From assembly GCA_030390025.1 (NCBI GenBank), contig CM059449.1, forward strand, positions 34,472,001-34,536,000: 64,000 nt of DNA. The letters are read 5' to 3'. The DNA is from Squalus acanthias (lineage: Eukaryota). Positions 60,971 through 64,000 of this stretch are shown here, one piece after another; within the stretch, counting starts at the first letter, position 1; the number at the start of each line of letters is the position of its first letter. The notes beneath the pieces were generated by a model, which did no database searches, had not been told where the DNA came from, and saw nothing but the letters and a program-made list of their open reading frames with translations. A program made the translations under genes and the position numbers.

Positions 60971-61714
60971 AGGGGGGAGGTTATGATCTGAAACGGCTGA
61001 ACTCTATGTTGAGTCCAGAGTCCAGAGTCCAAAGTGCCTAATCGAAAGATGAGGTGCTGTTCCTCGAGCTTACGCTGAGCTTCCGTGGAACAATGCAAGA
61101 GGCCATGGATGGTGAGGTCTGAGTCTGAATGGAGCGGAGAATTAAAGCGGCAGGCGACCGGAAGCTCGGGGTCCCCCTTACAGACTGAACGGAGGTGTTC
61201 CATAAACGGTCTCCCAATCTGCGTTTGGTCTCCCCAATGTAGAGGAGACCACATTGTGAGCAGCGAATACAGTATACTAAATTGCAAGAAGCACAAGTAA
61301 ATCGCTGTTTCACCTGGAAGGGGTGTTTGGGGCCCTGGACAGTGGGAAGGGAGGAGGTAAAAGGGCATGTGTTGCATCTCCTGTGCTTGCAAGGGAAGGT
61401 GCCGGGCGAAGGGGAAGGGGTGCTGGGGGTGATAGAGAAGTGAACTAGGGTGTCACGGAGGGAGCGGTCACGACGGAAAGCTGAAAGGGGAGGTGAGGGG
61501 AACATGCGTTTGTTGGAGGGATCAAGCTGGAGGTGGCGGAAATGGTGGAGGATGATCCGTTGAATGTGGAGGCTGGTGGAGTAAAGGTGAGTACAAGGGG
61601 AACTCTATTGTTATTCCGGGAGGGTGGGGCAGGGGTGACGGCAGAAGTGTGGGAGATAGAACCGACACAGTCGAGGGCCGTGTCAACCACTGTAGAGGGG
61701 AATCCTCAGTTGAG

Positions 61715-63831
61715 GTTTCCATAATTCCAGTCACGAAAACAACCTTCGACCATCACCCTCTGCCTCCCGCCACTGAGCCAATTTTGGATCCAATGTGCCA
61801 AGATGCCCTGCATCCCATGGGCTCTTACCTTCTTGACCAGTCTCCAATGCGAAACTTTGTCAAAAGCCTTACTGAAGTCCATGTAGATCACATCAACTGC
61901 ACTACCCTCATCCACACACCGAGTCACCCCCTCGAAAAATGCAATCAAATTGGTCAGACATGATCTCCCCCTGACAAAGCCATGCTGACTATTCTTGATT
62001 AATCCTTGCCTCTCCAAGTGGAGACTAATTCTGTCCCTCAGAACTTTTTCGAATCATTTCCCTACCACTGATGTTAGGCTCACTGGCCTGTAATTCCCTG
62101 GGTTATCCCGACTACACTTCTTGAATAATGGTACTACGTTAGCTGTTCTCCAGTCCTCTGGCACCTCCCCTGTGGCCAGAAAGGTTTTGAAAATTTTTGT
62201 CTCCTCCCTTGCCTCACACAGCAGCCTGGGATACATCTCTTCTGGGCCTGGGGATTTATCCACTTTTAAAACCGCTAGTACCTCCTCCCTCTCAATACTA
62301 ATTTGTTCAAGTATATCACAATCCCCCTGCCTGATTTCTAAGCCTACATCGTCCTTCTCCAAGGTGAACACAGATGCAAAATAGTCATTTAAAACCTCTC
62401 CTACATCTTCTGGCTCTACACACAGATTGCCACTTTGGTCCCTAATGGGCTCTACTCTTTCCCTGGTTATCCTCTTGCCCTTAATATACTTATAAAACAC
62501 CTTGGGATTTGCCTTTAGTTTGCCCGCCAGTGTTTTTTCATGCCCCCTCTTCGCTCTCCTAATTTCTTTTTTATGTACCCCCCTGCACTTTCTATACTCC
62601 TCTGGGGCTTCTACTCTTTTTAGTTCTTTGTAACTGCCAAAAGCCTCCCTTGTTTTCCTAATCCATTCTCGTATATCCCTTGACATCTAGGGATCCCTGG
62701 GCTTGTTGGTCCCACCTTGACCTTTACGGGAACATGTTGGCGTTGTACTCTCTCTATTTCTTTTCTGAAAGACTCCCAATGCTCTGAAGTGGATTTTGCT
62801 ACAAGTAGCTGATCCCAGTCCACTTTGGCCAGATCCTGCCTTACCATATTAAAATCGGCCTTCCCCCAATTGAGAAGCTTTATTTCCGGTCCATCTTTGT
62901 CCTTTTCCATCACTACCTTAAATCTCACTGAATTATGGTCCCTGTCACCAAAATGCTCTCCTACTAACACTTCTACCACTTGCCCGGCTATATTCCTAGA
63001 ATTAGGTCCAGTACCACCCCCTCTCTTGTCGAACTTTCTACATGCTGGCTCAAATTGCTCTCCTGGATGCACTTCAAGAATTCCTCAGCCTCTAAGCCTT
63101 TCACACTCTGACTATCCCAGTTAATATTGGGGAAGTTGAAATCCCCTACTATTATTACCCTATTATTTCTACACTTCTCTGAAATTTGCCGACATATCTG
63201 TTCCTCTATCTCCCCCTGACTGTTTGCTTGCCCCCTTTTTGTTTTTAAGTTCTACCCATATGGCCTCATTAGGGGAACCTGCTAAGATATCATCCCTCCT
63301 TACAGCAGTAATTGACTCCTTGATTAATACTGCGACACCCCCTCCTCTTTTACACCCCCCTCTGTCTCGCCTGAAGATTCTATACCCCGGAATATTGAGC
63401 TGCCAGTCCTGCCCCTCCCTCAACCATGTCTCTGTGATAGCAACAATATCATACTCCCATGTGTTCATCAACACCTTCAATTCATCTTCCTTACTCGCAA
63501 GACTCCTTGCATTAAAATAAATGCCATCCAGCCTTGCCATACTCCCTTGTGCCGTTACATATTTGCTCTTCCTTCCTGGCTGACTTGTATTTTCCTCTAT
63601 ATTTGGCTGTGCATCACCCCCTACTATTGCTCCTCTCCGTATCCCCCCTCCCCCCCCCAAACAGTACTAGCAAACCTCCCCGCAAGGATGTTGGTCCCGT
63701 TCCGGTTCAGGTGCAACCCGTCTGACTTGTACAGGTCCCACCTTCCCCAGAAGCAGACCCAATGATCCAGGAAACTAAAGCCCTCCCTCCTGCACCAACT
63801 CTTTAGCCACGCATTCATCTGCTCTATCCTC
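61715..63831 (-). mobile_element. CR1 LINE (end of ORF1, endonuclease, RT), 3'-truncated and frameshifted
   Basis: ORFs 63624-63818 (DGLHLN), 63169-63660 (NARS, ITETWL), 62054-62686 (KSPGP, NYRPVSLTSVVGK) and 61706-62017 (SQHGF, YMDFSKAFDKV). Confidence 0.95.
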
Positions 63832-64000
63832 CATGTGGGAGATTGTGGAGAGCATCGCGATCCCGAGCAGCCACATCTGCAGTAAGTGTCTGCATCGAGG
63901 AACTTCGGCCCAGAATTATTGAGCTGGAGTACGAGCTGCAGACATTGCGATGCATCAGGGAGGGGAAAAGTTACCTGGACACTTTGTTCCAGGAGGCAGT
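63832..64000 (+). mobile_element. CR1 ORF1 N-terminal fragment in opposite orientation, running off the window
   Basis: MWEIVESIAIPSSHICSKCL/EELRPRIIELEYELQTLRCIREGKSYLDTLFQEA parallels 53594-53390. Confidence 0.85.

Larger units (their letters stand above)
60243..61712 (-). mobile_element. Penelope-like element (Cys-rich linker plus GIY-YIG endonuclease), 5'-truncated, with tandem pseudo-LTRs
   Basis: ORF 61038-61505 FPCKHRRCNTC...NLVYCIRCSQCGLLYIGETKRRL; EEQHLIFRLGT in 60790-61392; direct repeats 60293-60510 and ~60570-60772; (TA)n at 60930-60967. Confidence 0.92.

Overview
Eukaryotic genomic DNA, dominated by repeats. The repeat repertoire (CR1-group LINEs, Deu-domain SINE, Penelope-like elements, PIF/Harbinger derivatives) and the gene types point to a cartilaginous fish; that organism call is an inference. 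The one apparently intact host gene is a spliced, non-classical MHC class I heavy chain on the + strand, which I reconstructed by hand: leader 16646-16715, alpha1 20995-21255, alpha2 25330-25605, alpha3 25834-26100, TM 28917-29027, a candidate 29-nt micro-exon 30363-30391, and a last exon from 30524. It has a hydrophobic groove and two possible cytoplasmic tails, one ending in a KKxx ER-retrieval motif. A frameshifted orphan alpha1 exon of a paralogue lies upstream (11292-11551). Downstream are a deleted Harbinger transposon, a disrupted GPR139-like GPCR whose first exon lies on the opposite strand to exon 2 between two inverted repeat copies, TRIM pseudo-exons, and two Penelope-like elements carrying minimal hammerhead-ribozyme motifs, one of them forming an ~800-bp palindrome. 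All alignments and coordinates were done by eye, and repeat boundaries are approximate.
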